A stretch of 62,944 bases of DNA, filler included, from Rhabdomonas costata (lineage: Eukaryota): NCBI GenBank assembly GCA_019059605.1. It is 33 parts of 33 records of this genome, joined end to end, with 100 filler letters (N's around TTAATTAATTAA, not from the genome) between each part and the next. Parts side by side here need not be neighbours in the genome. Positions count along the whole stretch, not along the records: positions 1 to 1,812 come from JAHMHO010008715.1; positions 1,913 to 3,724 come from JAHMHO010008716.1; positions 3,825 to 5,635 come from JAHMHO010008717.1; positions 5,736 to 7,545 come from JAHMHO010008718.1; positions 7,646 to 9,457 come from JAHMHO010008719.1; positions 9,558 to 11,368 come from JAHMHO010008720.1; 27 more parts are not named here. The stretch is one strand, 5' to 3'. Every line of letters begins with the position of its first letter. The first letter of the stretch is position 1. Below the pieces are notes generated by a model, which ran no database searches, was not told the DNA's origin, and saw only the letters and a program-made list of their open reading frames with translations. Of this stretch, positions 1 through 11,260 are shown in pieces. Position numbers and translations under genes: made by a program.

Positions 1-1099
1 GTTTTCCTTGTGTTTCTTCCGGATGCCGTTCATGGTGGTGATGGTGATGCTCATGGACCCACCCCTCCATGACGCCATCCACAACCATGGCGTGGGTCAT
101 GGTACTCGTGCTTGTGCCGGTGCGCTTCGTTGTGCTCCTCCAGGGCTTCAAGCCCCATGTGTTCGCGCCTGTTCAGACTTAGGTGTGTATCTGCTGTACT
201 CGCCCACCCCCGTGCTGCACGACAGGGTGGTAACGGATGGGTGCTGGCTGGATTCGTTGTGGCTGTTTTTCTCGTTCAGATCCTGAAGTTGGGAGCCTGA
301 AGGCGCCCCGAGAATGGTTGGTGGTGGCTGCCGAGGGACAGCCCGCCGCTGTGGTTGTTGGGGCTGCGCCTGCTCTGCTCGGTGTCCTCCCGGTTCGTTG
401 CCTGTGGAAGCGAATGCCGAGCTGTCTTCGTCAGCTTAGTCACTTCGTCTGTGCCGGCAGGTCGGCAAAAGAGGGTGCGCGTGGTCAGTGCGGGTGGTAA
501 AAAAAACAGCAGGGGGGGACCGCCGGGACACTTTGTCTGCGTAGAATCAACCCTCACTATTCATCACGTCTCAGAAAAAATAAGTGAACTTTTCAACCAA
601 GAGAAAATTTTCCCTCTGCAGAACTTTCAACATAACACCCACATTCCACCGTTGTTACGGCCTGGCGCCTTTTCGGAACCCCTACCGTCATTGTTCTAAA
701 TGTCAAACCTTTGAATTGTGCTTCCTCGAAAGAGGAGTTCTTATAAATATTATGAAAGGTTTTTTCAATTTTTTGCTTCAATTTTAAGATTTACTGTATA
801 AAACCACCCCTCCCGCCTTCCGATGTACATCATAACACCACCTCGGTATTTTGTACGGGTATTTTATGTTTATACCCTTCAGTTTTTTAAAAACAATTTA
901 TGGCACAGCGTCATCACTGTTCAGTAAAAAGACGCGGGTCCCGAGAGGCCCCCCACCGAACCGTGCCGGAAGTGTGCACTGCTGTATCCACTGCTCGTCG
1001 GTGTGTGGGGTGAAAATAGTGCACTCAAAAGTTAAAAGTTGAGTGAAGTCCTGCATTTACGTCCACTGTGAACGGTCGGGAGTACTCCCAATGAAGGCA

Positions 1100-1660
1100 G
1101 CGCAGGAGACAAGTGACTTTACAGGTGCTGAAGCACGACCGGAAAAGGGCGGTTGCCATCCTTCACACAGCTCGGAATTTTGCAGAGAGAAAGCCTGCAA
1201 CTGAGGCGGACCACGTCCCCTTCTGGTGGGACAAACGTCACGCCTGGAGGTGCGAGGGGGCAGATGCTCCTGTGCATTTTGGAGGGTTCAGGTGAAGTTG
1301 CAATTTCGCGAAGCCATCCCAGGCGACCCGAAGTGCAGTTGCGGTGAGCAGGCATCGTCCTGAAACCAGGCTGTTGATTGGACCGGGCCTGCCTCTAAGC
1401 GCTCACACACAGGAAAGGTGGCAAGCGCAAACAGTAGGGGCCCCAAGGGGTCACCTTGTTGAACCCCCTCCTCCGAGGTTAACTTCTGGTCTTCGGCGTA
1501 GGAGGTCCCTCGGCACCCTTCCAAGAGCCCACCTCTCCCCACGGGCTGCCCCAGGGCAGCCCGCTAACCCCGTGGATCGCAACCCGCGCCTGCGGCAACG
1601 AAGACGCCAAGGCGATGGTGCATGGTTTCATACGCCTAACCGCACTCAGCCTTGAGACGT
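1100..1660 (-). mobile_element. Degenerate non-LTR retrotransposon reverse transcriptase relic, CRE-like clade
   Basis: EEGVQQGDPLGPLLFALA...TAWFQDD (RT motifs B and C). Frameshifted upstream LGVFVAAG (QLGVGxxGG-like) and downstream LQLHLNPPKC (GLxLNxxKC-like). Confidence 0.8.
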
Positions 1661-1812
1661 TAGGTTGGGGCTTAGGTTTTGGATTGTTGGATTCTCACCA
1701 CTGGCGACAAAAAATGAAAAAAGCCACCCGCAGGGAGACGTCACCCCAATGATGGATCTCTGGGTGACCAGTTGTACAGTTCTTGTGTGGACCAGGGACA
1801 CAACCCCCACAC

Positions 1813-1912
1813 NNNNNNNNNNNNNNNNNNNNNNNNNNNNNNNNNNNNNNNNNNNNTTAATTAATTAANNNNNNNNNNNNNNNNNNNNNNNNNNNNNNNN
1901 NNNNNNNNNNNN
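1813..1912. other. Artificial contig spacer (44 N + TTAATTAATTAA + 44 N); first of 32 spacers recurring every ~1,910 bp
   Basis: Identical six-frame-stop linker between ~1.81 kb contigs throughout the window; contig lengths fall from 1,812 to 1,809 bp. Confidence 0.99.
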
Positions 1913-1913
1913 G

Positions 1914-3510
1914 TTTTTGGTGCTGCCGCTGTCGGCCTGCCTCTACGCTTTGCTGGCCACTCCGCATCGGTTCTACTGGGATGTTGTCGTGGTATGTCCA
2001 GGCGAGAAGAGTACAGAAGGGTTGACAGGAGGGGGGGTTCATTCTTCCGTCAAGCTTCCTCAAGCCTAACCATCCCACACATGAGTAATTCATTTCGGCT
2101 TCGTTGGCTTATGTCTGGGATCACACTTCGATTTTCATAATTCATTTGGATGACTGATTCGTCCCCATTTTTGTACTGTTTTTGATGGAATCATGATTTC
2201 ATGACTTGTTTTCATGATTTATTTTATTCGCGCTTTAAAGTGAGATCACTCCTAATTTAAGAATTGTCGTTTTGTGCATCCTGTGTCTTTGCTAGTTCTC
2301 TCTTTGTCTCTGCCCCAGGGTTATGTGGAGTTCACGATAGTTCTGAAGATGGTGCTTCAGATCCTCACCCACAACCCCCACTTCCACGACATGCTGTGGG
2401 CGATTCCCCCTCGAACAGGACTGTTCTCGCACTCCCACTTCGGTACGGACCTACTGTCCGACCTTCTCCTGGTGCTGCTGCTAGTGCTGCATAAGGGGAT
2501 GACGCAGTGGGGGCTGTGGTACGTCGGCGATGACGTGGAGACGGCGGCACTGCGGGAGGTGGCCCGGCGCAGCCGCTCGCAGCGCTGGGGCTGGCTGCAC
2601 CGCCACGTGGGGCTCGTCTTGGGGTGGGTCCGCCGAAGAGTCGACCCCGGAGAAAAGGTTTCCGTGCGTATTTCGCGGTGGATGAGTGGGTACACATATC
2701 AGGGCCATGGACTAACCCGACTACCTCTACCTGAATGTACGAACCATCTGAAGTTTCAGAAAAGCACACCTGATGTCTGCCGATGACCCCACCGCAATGT
2801 TTCTTTCATCGATTAAGAGATTTCGACGAATGAAACGATTATTGCAGGCACGGTTGCTTCCTTTTCCGATGTATGAACATTATCAAAACCATATTCACAA
2901 CTATTATCAAAACTATGTGCACAACCATTATCAAGCGGATCAGAAAATTGCTGGGTACAAAATGGCATCTAAAGGCGGTGTCAGTTACTTGCATTTCTTT
3001 GCCCTAACACTTTTTTGTGTGTTTGCAGGATTACACTTCAAAGAACAAACCCTTCGTCACCTAAGTTCACCTAAGTTTCAAAAGTGTGTGATTGCTTTCG
3101 AGTTTTCAAGTGTCTTGTTCACCTAAGTTTCTGGCACCGTACTTGTTTGAAACGCCCGCCACTGCCAATTTCTCACTAATAATATTTGTTGTTTGTGGTT
3201 CGTCTTTCTTTATTCTGGTTCCCTTTATTTGCGTCCCCCACCCACCCATGCGCGTGCTTGAAAAAGCTGGGCAAGGACTTCTACATGGCGGAGTTCTTCT
3301 TCGACCTGGTGTCCTTTGTGGGGTTCCTGTTCTCGTACTACTCCCTGGTGGGCTCAGACTCGGACTTCCTTTCATCGATCCAGGCCAACCTTTTGCCGGG
3401 CCCCCTGGTGGTGGTGCAGATCGGGCTGTTCCTGCTGCTGGTTGCCAATCGGGTGATCTACCTGTTCCGCTCCCTGAAGGGGAAGCTTCTTCACCACTGC
3501 CTGCTCACTG
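1914..3510 (+). CDS. PIEZO: Piezo-type mechanosensitive channel, internal fragment; exons ~1914-1991, 2319-2657, 3267-3510
   Basis: Spliced product LVLPLSACLYALLATPHRFYWDVVV|GYVEFTIVLKMVLQ...GLW...|LGKDFYMAEFFFDLVSF...LLLVANRVIYLFRSLKGKL resembles the Piezo region DVYALMFLADVVDF...MVVDRALYLRKTVLGKL; GT-AG introns keep frame. Confidence 0.88.
2878..2933 (+). repeat. Imperfect 24-nt minisatellite (~2.4 copies) in a Piezo intron
   Basis: cattatcaaaaccatattcacaac / tattatcaaaactatgtgcacaac / cattatca. Confidence 0.7.
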
Positions 3511-5759
3511 GTGCGCGCCTCGCACCCCGGAATGCCTAGATCGACCCAAATTATGTCTATTTGCAGTCACCACTCCCCGCTGAAACCTTGTTTGAAAGTG
3601 CATATCAAGGCGCTGTGCGTGTGTGCGTGCGTGTCACTGTTGTTCTGTGCTTTACGGGTATATTTCCCCGTTGGATCACGATTACAAGACGTCATTCTTG
3701 GTCTCCCCCCCGGCAGCACTCCCTNNNNNNNNNNNNNNNNNNNNNNNNNNNNNNNNNNNNNNNNNNNNTTAATTAATTAANNNNNNNNNNNNNNNNNNNN
3801 NNNNNNNNNNNNNNNNNNNNNNNNTGGTGACCTGGAGAGCAAGAGACGATTTGCCACAAAAGTGCCACATCTAGACGTGCAACCACAGTGGCAAATCGTC
3901 TCTTGCTCTCCAGGTCTCCATCAAAACCACTGCTTTCATAAGCCACGATGAAAGCGGAGGATAGGGCATTGCACGCTGCTGCTATGATGTTTTTTCGAAG
4001 TCCCTGGCCCACGTTTATTCATTGGATCAGGTTGGAATGCCGAGAGTGCATGCCTCCCAGTCACGCACAAAAGAATAGTCAAAGCCCCCATTCCGGCATT
4101 GTATAGGTCAACGGTGTGCAACGTCTGTCGAGGAACCGACATAAGTAATTCCATGCTGTCTGCTGACAATGAAATACACTGGGTTTTCGTTGGGCCCAGG
4201 GGCGTGGAGCCCCCTCCGTAAAACGATGCAGAAGATGGTAATGGCTGGTCTGAAACCTGCCGCAGGATGCTCGCGGATTGAACCCAGCACCAATGGTTCG
4301 TCGTCAGCAGAAGAGACTTGAGAAGTTGGCTTGCAAGATGGTTGTATCCTACGAGATAGATGTCGAGATGTCGACCTGACCCTGCTCAAGAGGGAAAGCA
4401 TGCTTCTGCTCCAGAAGCGATCCTAATTTTGTTGTACCGATGCAAAGAATTGTTGCCCCCAGGCTTTCGTGGACAGAGTCGCACCGGCGAGTTCCAGATC
4501 AAATTGCGATCTTTTCATACTGACGTTAGAATGGTCATGAAGCGGTTGAGAAGATGTCCTTGTGAAGGTGTGACAGCAACCGCTGCCCATGTCCATGGTG
4601 AGTCTCTCCCTGTGATCGCTGCTGAAGCCCATCTTTCCGCTGGAGCCGTTGAGAATAATCCTGTGGCAGAGGACGTGTTCTGGGTGACGGTTATATACTC
4701 ATCTTTGATTACCTCGACGGTGTCGAAGAATGTAGGCAACCTCTGCAGAAAACGGGTGTATTTGCATCCCGAGTTTTGCATCGATAAGCCCGCCTTTAAG
4801 ACGTAGTCGTGGCTCTTGAACTCGAGGAGTTCTAGCCGTGCGGATCTGTTGTTGGAAGGAAAATGGAGTCGGGTTGCCCCAAGCTGATCAAGGACAAAAA
4901 ACAACGTGATAAGGCGGTGCGGACAGCCACCACGCTTTAATGGATTTTGCAGAGCCTGTCACACAGAGAAGTGTGCCACACCAAATTGCTCAATAAAAAG
5001 CGCGAGCAGACTCTAAGCATGTGCAAATCCTGTATTCAGAAGCATAAGAAGGCAAAGGTGGCAGAGGTGGGGGAAGGAAAATGAAGATGCGGGCTCATCC
5101 GCTGGTGGGGCTTCTGTTTCGCAGGGGTCTTGCTCTGATGGATGTGGTAATGCGTGTTTTGTGCTGCGTTTGCTAGATTGTATTCATTGGATTTTCCCTT
5201 TGAGAAATCGTAATTGCCGCGATGGTCTTCGGGTTGTTGCTGCACCTTTCTTCTGGAAGTTGCGGTTCTGTGTCTTGCAACACTCGTTTTTGTCAGATTA
5301 CGAGATCTTCAATGAACAAGTTGAGGGGTATGATTGAAAATTCAGAATGCCCTGAGGAAATTTTCGCGTAAAAAAAACTCAGGCACACTTCCCCCTAAGT
5401 GTATTTCACCTGCAAGGTTACAAGCATGAACCTTGAAACACCCCTTTTGTCCAACCGCGCGCTTGAGCTCGAGCTGGAGCTCGAACTGCCAGCTTCTCCA
5501 GGGATATACGCATCCGATAATGTGGACAGAAAGTAGCTCTCCGGACGCAGTATCTGTACCCCGTGTTTTCGTTCGCAAAGCTTATCTCCACGATTGGAAA
5601 TTTTAGATACTGCAATCGCTTACAAGTCGCGCGTGNNNNNNNNNNNNNNNNNNNNNNNNNNNNNNNNNNNNNNNNNNNNTTAATTAATTAANNNNNNNNN
5701 NNNNNNNNNNNNNNNNNNNNNNNNNNNNNNNNNNNGGTTGTTGTTTCTTGCTCGAGGTC

Positions 5760-6659
5760 ATGGATGAACCACAGGTACCTTTGGACCCGAAGCAGTGGAC
5801 GGAGGACCAGGTGGTGGAATGGTTGGACCGCGTGGGCTTTGCTGACATCAGTGAGCATTTTCGCAAAGGCATGGTTAACGGGGAGATGCTCCTGACCCTC
5901 AGCTTTAACGACTCCTCCGTGCAGGAGGAGCTCCACATCTCGGGGCTCCGAGTGAAGCGCTTGGAGCTGGAAGTGGAGAAGCTCCGGGCCTCACCTTCCT
6001 CTAGTCCCAACCGGGGGGTGGGGGCAAGCCCAAGCAGCAGCAGCGCCGGCGGCTCTCCCGTTGGGCGACGGGACGATTCGCCACAGGACCCACCCCGGGG
6101 GTTCCGCGACAGCCGATCGATGCTGCATTGATCGAGCTGAACACTCAGATTCAGGCCGCCCAAGAGGACAGTGTGGCAGTCATGCACCAGCTCAGCTCTG
6201 CAAAAGGTGATGATGCGCACTTGGATCGATGGCAGTGTGTGACGGGCTGTAGTGGAACGCGGAACATATTCATTCTGTAGTGTCTGCACTGACACTTGAA
6301 CTTTTTTGATATATTCTCTGTTATCAGCCCTTCATTGTTTCTTAAATTTCCATTTTCACATGATATGCTGAGATTCGCCCTCCAAGACCGGGTTTATCTC
6401 TTTCAGCACCACGTGGCGGGCATATGTGTGGGTGGGTGGGTTCCAGGCCGCTCGCAGCTGGAAAGTATCGCCACCACTGAGAAGCTGGAGCCCCCAGTGG
6501 TTTTCGCACTGCTGCAGCTGCTGACCGGACCTCTGGCCCGCCAAGAGAGCACCGTGACCTGGCAGGAGGATCTGAACCGCCTACTGGCCGTCGTGCTCGA
6601 CTCGCCGGTGCTTTCACAGCCCACGGTGAAGGCTTTCCTGGCGGTCGGATCCTCCACGG
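5760..6659 (+). CDS. SAM-domain protein, 5' part; exons 5760-6106, 6145-6206, 6447-~6659 (first junction nonconventional or a homopolymer error)
   Basis: PKQWTEDQVVEWLDRVGFADISEHFRKGMVNGEMLLTL...ELHISGLRVKRL is a typical SAM domain. The downstream frame QIQAAQEDSVAVMHQLSSAK joins GRSQLESIATTEKL through a phase-1 GT-AG intron at 6207-6446. Confidence 0.8.
6107..6144 (+). other. Candidate 38-nt euglenid-type nonconventional (non GT-AG) intron
   Basis: G|CGACAG...CTGAACAC|T with CAG at +4..+6 and CTG at -8..-6, a ~13-bp hairpin, and removal restores the reading frame. Confidence 0.55.
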
Positions 6660-7790
6660 GCTTGCCTTCGGTTTCAGCGAGACTGGGGAACGTATGTGTC
6701 ACGTTTTATACGTCCAGAAAAACCTCAAATCGCAGCAAGGATTTAGAAATTGTGCATTACATGTATGTGCACTTGTAATCACTCGTGGGCGCAGGATTGA
6801 CGGATTTCTGTTTTGTGGAAGACGTTCATTGCGGTGGTGCACGTGATCCCTCCTCCTCACCCTCTCCCTTGTTTGCGTTTTGTGTCGGTGGCCATATGGG
6901 TGCTGGAAGGCTTTTACAATGCACGGAACCGTTCCGCAATCTAGCGCTCACCTCCTGTATCTCTGCGCCAGATATAGTCATCGCCATTGACCACCATTTT
7001 TTTGAAACTGTGTCTGTCCTTGTTTATTTTGCCGTGTGAAATTTTAACCCACTTTTTCCTTTTGCGACCTTCTTCACGCCCAGCGAAAAGCGTTGCTCTT
7101 GAGCCCTAAGTTTACACCCATACGAAGGCTCGAAGCCAGGAGATAGTTTTGTTTAACCGGCCGCCTCTTCCCGTCTCGATCGCCGAGTAGGTTTAGGGCT
7201 TGTCTTTCACTAAAGAAACACCCGGCCGAGTTCGGGCTTGAGCATGTCCAATATGTTCCAATGCATCTCAAGGTGGTTGCTCGAAGAGTTGGAAGAAAGG
7301 TTTCTCATGGTCCATTTTCCTAGCTGGGTTCCCGCAACAGAGACAGGGCTGGAAGCAAACTGCCAGCACTGCAAGTGCGGTTATGAGTTGTGGACCTGCC
7401 CACCTGCTGCTTTTTATAGTGGTGGTTACTCTCGAGTTCCCTCTCAAACGAGCGCGCAAGCGAAAACAAGAGAGCAAAAGGGAACGTCGTCAGTCACCAA
7501 AAACCTGCACAAGACAACAGCAGTAAATTGTGGCAACACAACCCCNNNNNNNNNNNNNNNNNNNNNNNNNNNNNNNNNNNNNNNNNNNNTTAATTAATTA
7601 ANNNNNNNNNNNNNNNNNNNNNNNNNNNNNNNNNNNNNNNNNNNNGTTGGGGTGTGCAGAAAAAACTGGTGTGTGCGCGGGATGCTGGATAAAAGCTTCA
7701 ATGGGGTGCGATGTGTGGCGGGTGTGACGTGGGCGGTGAGGTTGGGGGAAAACAAACACGGGGACCGACAGAGCCGGTCTGATGGCACTA

Positions 7791-9456
7791 ATGCACAGGG
7801 TCGTAGCAACAAAAAGGGCATCCGTGCGGATAGCACGAGAAAGCAGTGCGTAAGGGAGACAAGCGGAAGGGTATCCGCCGAAACGCCATCTGGTGCCATC
7901 TAGCGCAAGGGGGTAAAAATCTCATACAGACACACAGAACAACACAAACTTCGGCGGAGGCGGAAAAAGATCGACACACCTGAAACGCACGTACCCATCC
8001 TGCCCAGCAAAGAGTCCCATGAACAACCTCAAGCGCGGGTCTCCTTCACAAGCAAAGCAAGGCACCCGAAACTTGGCCGTCCCGGAAGCCACTGCAACCG
8101 CTCCAAGAACCATGCTGACCTCTGAGGCGTCCATAAAGTCCCGAACTGGCCGAACTAACAAAAAGCGTCTTATTCCAAACCATTCGGTCAACGGGTGACT
8201 CCCCACTGCTTCAGGAATGAAGTCAGCCTCGCACAGCAACTCTTCGGAAGGTGACTAACAAAGGAATGCAAAATTCCAAGAAAACATAAATCCAAATGAA
8301 AAAACACCGCAAAAACAAAACAGCGTTGAGGGCGACGCGAAACGACACCTGGTTTGCCAGAGTTGGCTCGGCAGAACTTTGCTGAAGGTGAAGAGTATAG
8401 GAACGGTCTGAGCAAATGCACGAGTAGAAAGAACAACTTTGTGACTTTGCTTGTCCGCGAACTTTCAGTGGGCGCTGTATAAATTGACTTTAAATGACTA
8501 AATCACGTCTCCTCGGTCTAATTTTCTTTGATCTGAAAACTGTACCAAATATGGCAAGCTATGTTTCTTTTTTGCTTCTATTTTCAGGGAATTATTTTTT
8601 TTTGGGAAACTGTGCAGGGTATGTCCAGTGTCCAAAGTACAGCAAAGCACAAGCACGAGAAATGAATGAATTAAATTTATGAAATTGGAGTGACACCGCT
8701 CCCCCGCTCCCCCAGAGAAAACGCTAGTATTCGAACACGTTGTAGCGAAAGCTAGGTGCTAGCACTTGCGCAAAAAAAATTGTTCGCCCGGCTCGCTCCT
8801 CTCCTCTTAAAATTCTCCCCTGGGATTGTTCGGCTTTGCCTCCGAATTCCCAAGCAGCATCCTTATAATTTGCAACTCGCCTGAGCGGTAATGTCTACCT
8901 CGCAAGTTCTGACTACGAAACGGTACCAGACATCGGGTTTCGTTTTTTTTTTCGAGAAACACGAAGAAGAAAATGTTGGTTGAAAGTTTCATGAAATTTA
9001 GGAAAGAAAAAATTCTTTAAAGGTTTTTCATTGCAAGTTTCACGTTAAAAGTTTCATTGGAATATAGGGAAAGCAGCCTGCCTGTTAAACAATCTATTCC
9101 GATCCCTGCGCGTGGTCAAAATATAATCTACTCAAATTTGGGTTACCAACCAGACGGAACGCCCAATAATTTAATCCGAATACCGTGAACTGAATCCCAG
9201 AGTCAGAAGCACCCAGTCTCACCCAAGACATGAACTTGAAAGGAAAAAGAGAGCAAAGAGCGACACCGTTAAAAATAAGGTCAGCGCTCCATGAGCATGG
9301 CAGGGAAGCACACACGTTGCCTCCTTCCTCTTCCCAAGAGCGCAGGGTACGTTCTACGCTGGCAGTCAAGCGTTCCCAACCTGTGACGCAACTGTAGTCC
9401 ATAATTTCAAAGGGCTCTTCATAGTCTGCCGAAGAGTCTCCATGAGCACACAACAA
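7791..9456 (-). CDS. RAB3GAP1: Rab3 GTPase-activating protein catalytic subunit, N-terminal part; exons ~9456-9267, 8407-8349, 8254-7980, 7899-~7791 (last boundary uncertain)
   Basis: FEIMDYSCVTGWERLTASVERTLRSW resembles FEITDFTTASEWERFISKVEEVLNDW; DFIPEAVGSHPLTEWFGIRRFLLV resembles DFPPRAHCLVRWYGLREFVV; GT-AG introns in consistent phase. Confidence 0.85.
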
Positions 9457-10213
9457 CNNNNNNNNNNNNNNNNNNNNNNNNNNNNNNNNNNNNNNNNNNN
9501 NTTAATTAATTAANNNNNNNNNNNNNNNNNNNNNNNNNNNNNNNNNNNNNNNNNNNNGTTTGTTGGTTACCGACGTTTCTCCGCAATGGCGGAATTAGAT
9601 TTTCGGATGCAAAACGGGTCCACTGAATCGAGTCTCCGTCCCTTCCCCCTCTCTTCCTTCCGCTCCTGTCATCTCTTCTTCTGAGTTCTGTTTGCGTTGC
9701 ATTTTCCTCATTCATCCTGTTCGCCTATTTCTTGGCACTTTGGACTGCAGCTGAAAATGGAAAATGTATTTCAGTGGTAAGCGGTTTTCTTCGTCCAGTG
9801 CAATGCTTCCACCACTGCTGATACTGCGGCTTTCTGCTTCCTTAAATTAAAGCGCAGCGCACTGGTATTCGTGGTTTCTTCTTTCTTCCTGCACCGCCTG
9901 AATGACGCATCGACGTCATAGCTAAAGGTCGAGTAACGGGTAGAGAGGGGCAACGGCATTGGAAGATGTAGCTCCTGACGTGCTTACCACACGGACTCTG
10001 CCTACTGGGCACCCCTCGTGGTCCTCCCTCACCGCCACCCTAAATGAGAGGGTTGCCGTGAATTTGACCCACCGAAATAATCCTCCCAGTTGCGGCCAGT
10101 GCTTTCACGTTTTGCAAAGCAAAGCAAAAGCCACAAACCTTTCACGGGACTGGGGATTGGTAAAGAAGGGAAGGGAAGCGGAACAATCCTCATCCACTGC
10201 GCGCGTGCGGCAG

Positions 10214-11260
10214 GCGGGAGCTCTCTCGGGCTCGGCGAATGGTTCGGCTGGCCAGGACCGGGGATGCGGACGCCCGTGGGGGGGCGCCCCAGCCCTTGGA
10301 CGGGTTTGTGGTGCTGGATGCCGCCCAGGTCGAGGACCCCTCACAGGCATGAACGCAGAAGAGAAGAAGCGTAGGGAATGAAGGGAAGGGAAGGGAAGGG
10401 AAGGGAAGGGAAGAGGAGGTGAGGCGTTGCAACAGCGCGCTGTGTGACCCAACGGGAATAAGAGGGGGACGGAAGTGGAGGAGAACTGAAGGTGATCTTC
10501 TTCCTCCTCCACGGGCACATTTTTATTGGATTGCCTTTGTCCTAACAATGAGTTTCTTCGCCCTCTGCATGTGGAATGCCAGGCATCATTTTTTTCAGCA
10601 GCCTGTTTTTCGAATGATGCGGCAGCCTCCCTGCCTTTCTTCCACAAAAAGAAATTCCAAGGAGCAAGACTCGTCAACACAGTGCGCACTCGGAAATTCC
10701 CTTGTGACTCCACTCCGCGTGGAAACACCCTGTCCTTCCTCTTTAACAAAAGGCCACCGAGGCCGTACTGAACGAGGGCCGGCTGGTGGGCGCGGTTAGC
10801 GCAGACCTGCAGTTCTTCGATAAGCTGGAGTTTCTCGACCTGGGAGACAATGAGGTGCCCATGGAAGCCCTGGCCCCCCTGGAGGCCTTGCAGGTGAGTT
10901 CAGATTCTCTTCTGTTGTGATCGTTGATCTTGCTCCCTTCAATGATGCCCATTCATGCACGGTTTTGGCTCAGGTTTTGGCTCAGGTTTTGGACTTACAG
11001 AGGGGTTTAGGATAGAAATAACGTCTTCCTGGGTAATCTTTGCCCAGAAAGTTAGTTTTACGTTTTCTTCATTTAACTGACGTTTTTTTAGATGTTGGGT
11101 GTTTTTGGTCGCTCACTTTTGACATGGCATCATCGAAATTCCCTCGGTGCCTTTCGGCAGGAGCTGCACCTGCATTTCAACATGCTCTCCACGGTGGTGT
11201 GCCCCCCGGGAGCGTTCCAGTTTCTCGAGACCCTCAATCTGTCCTACAACTGCCTCACAG
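10214..11260 (+). CDS. Leucine-rich repeat protein, XRRA1-like fragment; exons 10214-10346, 10753-10893, 11161-11260
   Basis: PLDGFVVLDAAQVEDPSQ|ATEAVLNE...LEFLDLGDNEVPMEALAPLEALQ|ELHLHFNML...FQFLETLNLSYNCLT contains LxxLxLxxN repeats; first intron GC-AG, second GT-AG. Not captured as one frame in the ORF track. Confidence 0.8.
10380..10412 (+). repeat. (GAAGG)n microsatellite within the GC-AG intron
   Basis: gaagggaagggaagg... about 6 copies. Confidence 0.95.

Noticed and set aside
1-460. Minus-strand low-complexity frames including a His-rich stretch (HEHHHHHHE)
   Set aside because: Frames are broken by stops and show no recognisable domain
3825-5635. Cys-rich plus-strand segment near 4910-5050 (GFCRACHTEKCATPNC...CKSC) and ALHAAAM, hinting at an A20/OTU-like pseudogene
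   Set aside because: Multiple stops and frameshifts; resemblance too weak to call without an HMM search
6129-6140. TGA readthrough or an alternative genetic code to extend the SAM ORF
   Set aside because: PP4C ends DYFL-TGA, so TGA is a stop; the frame problem is better explained by an intron or homopolymer error
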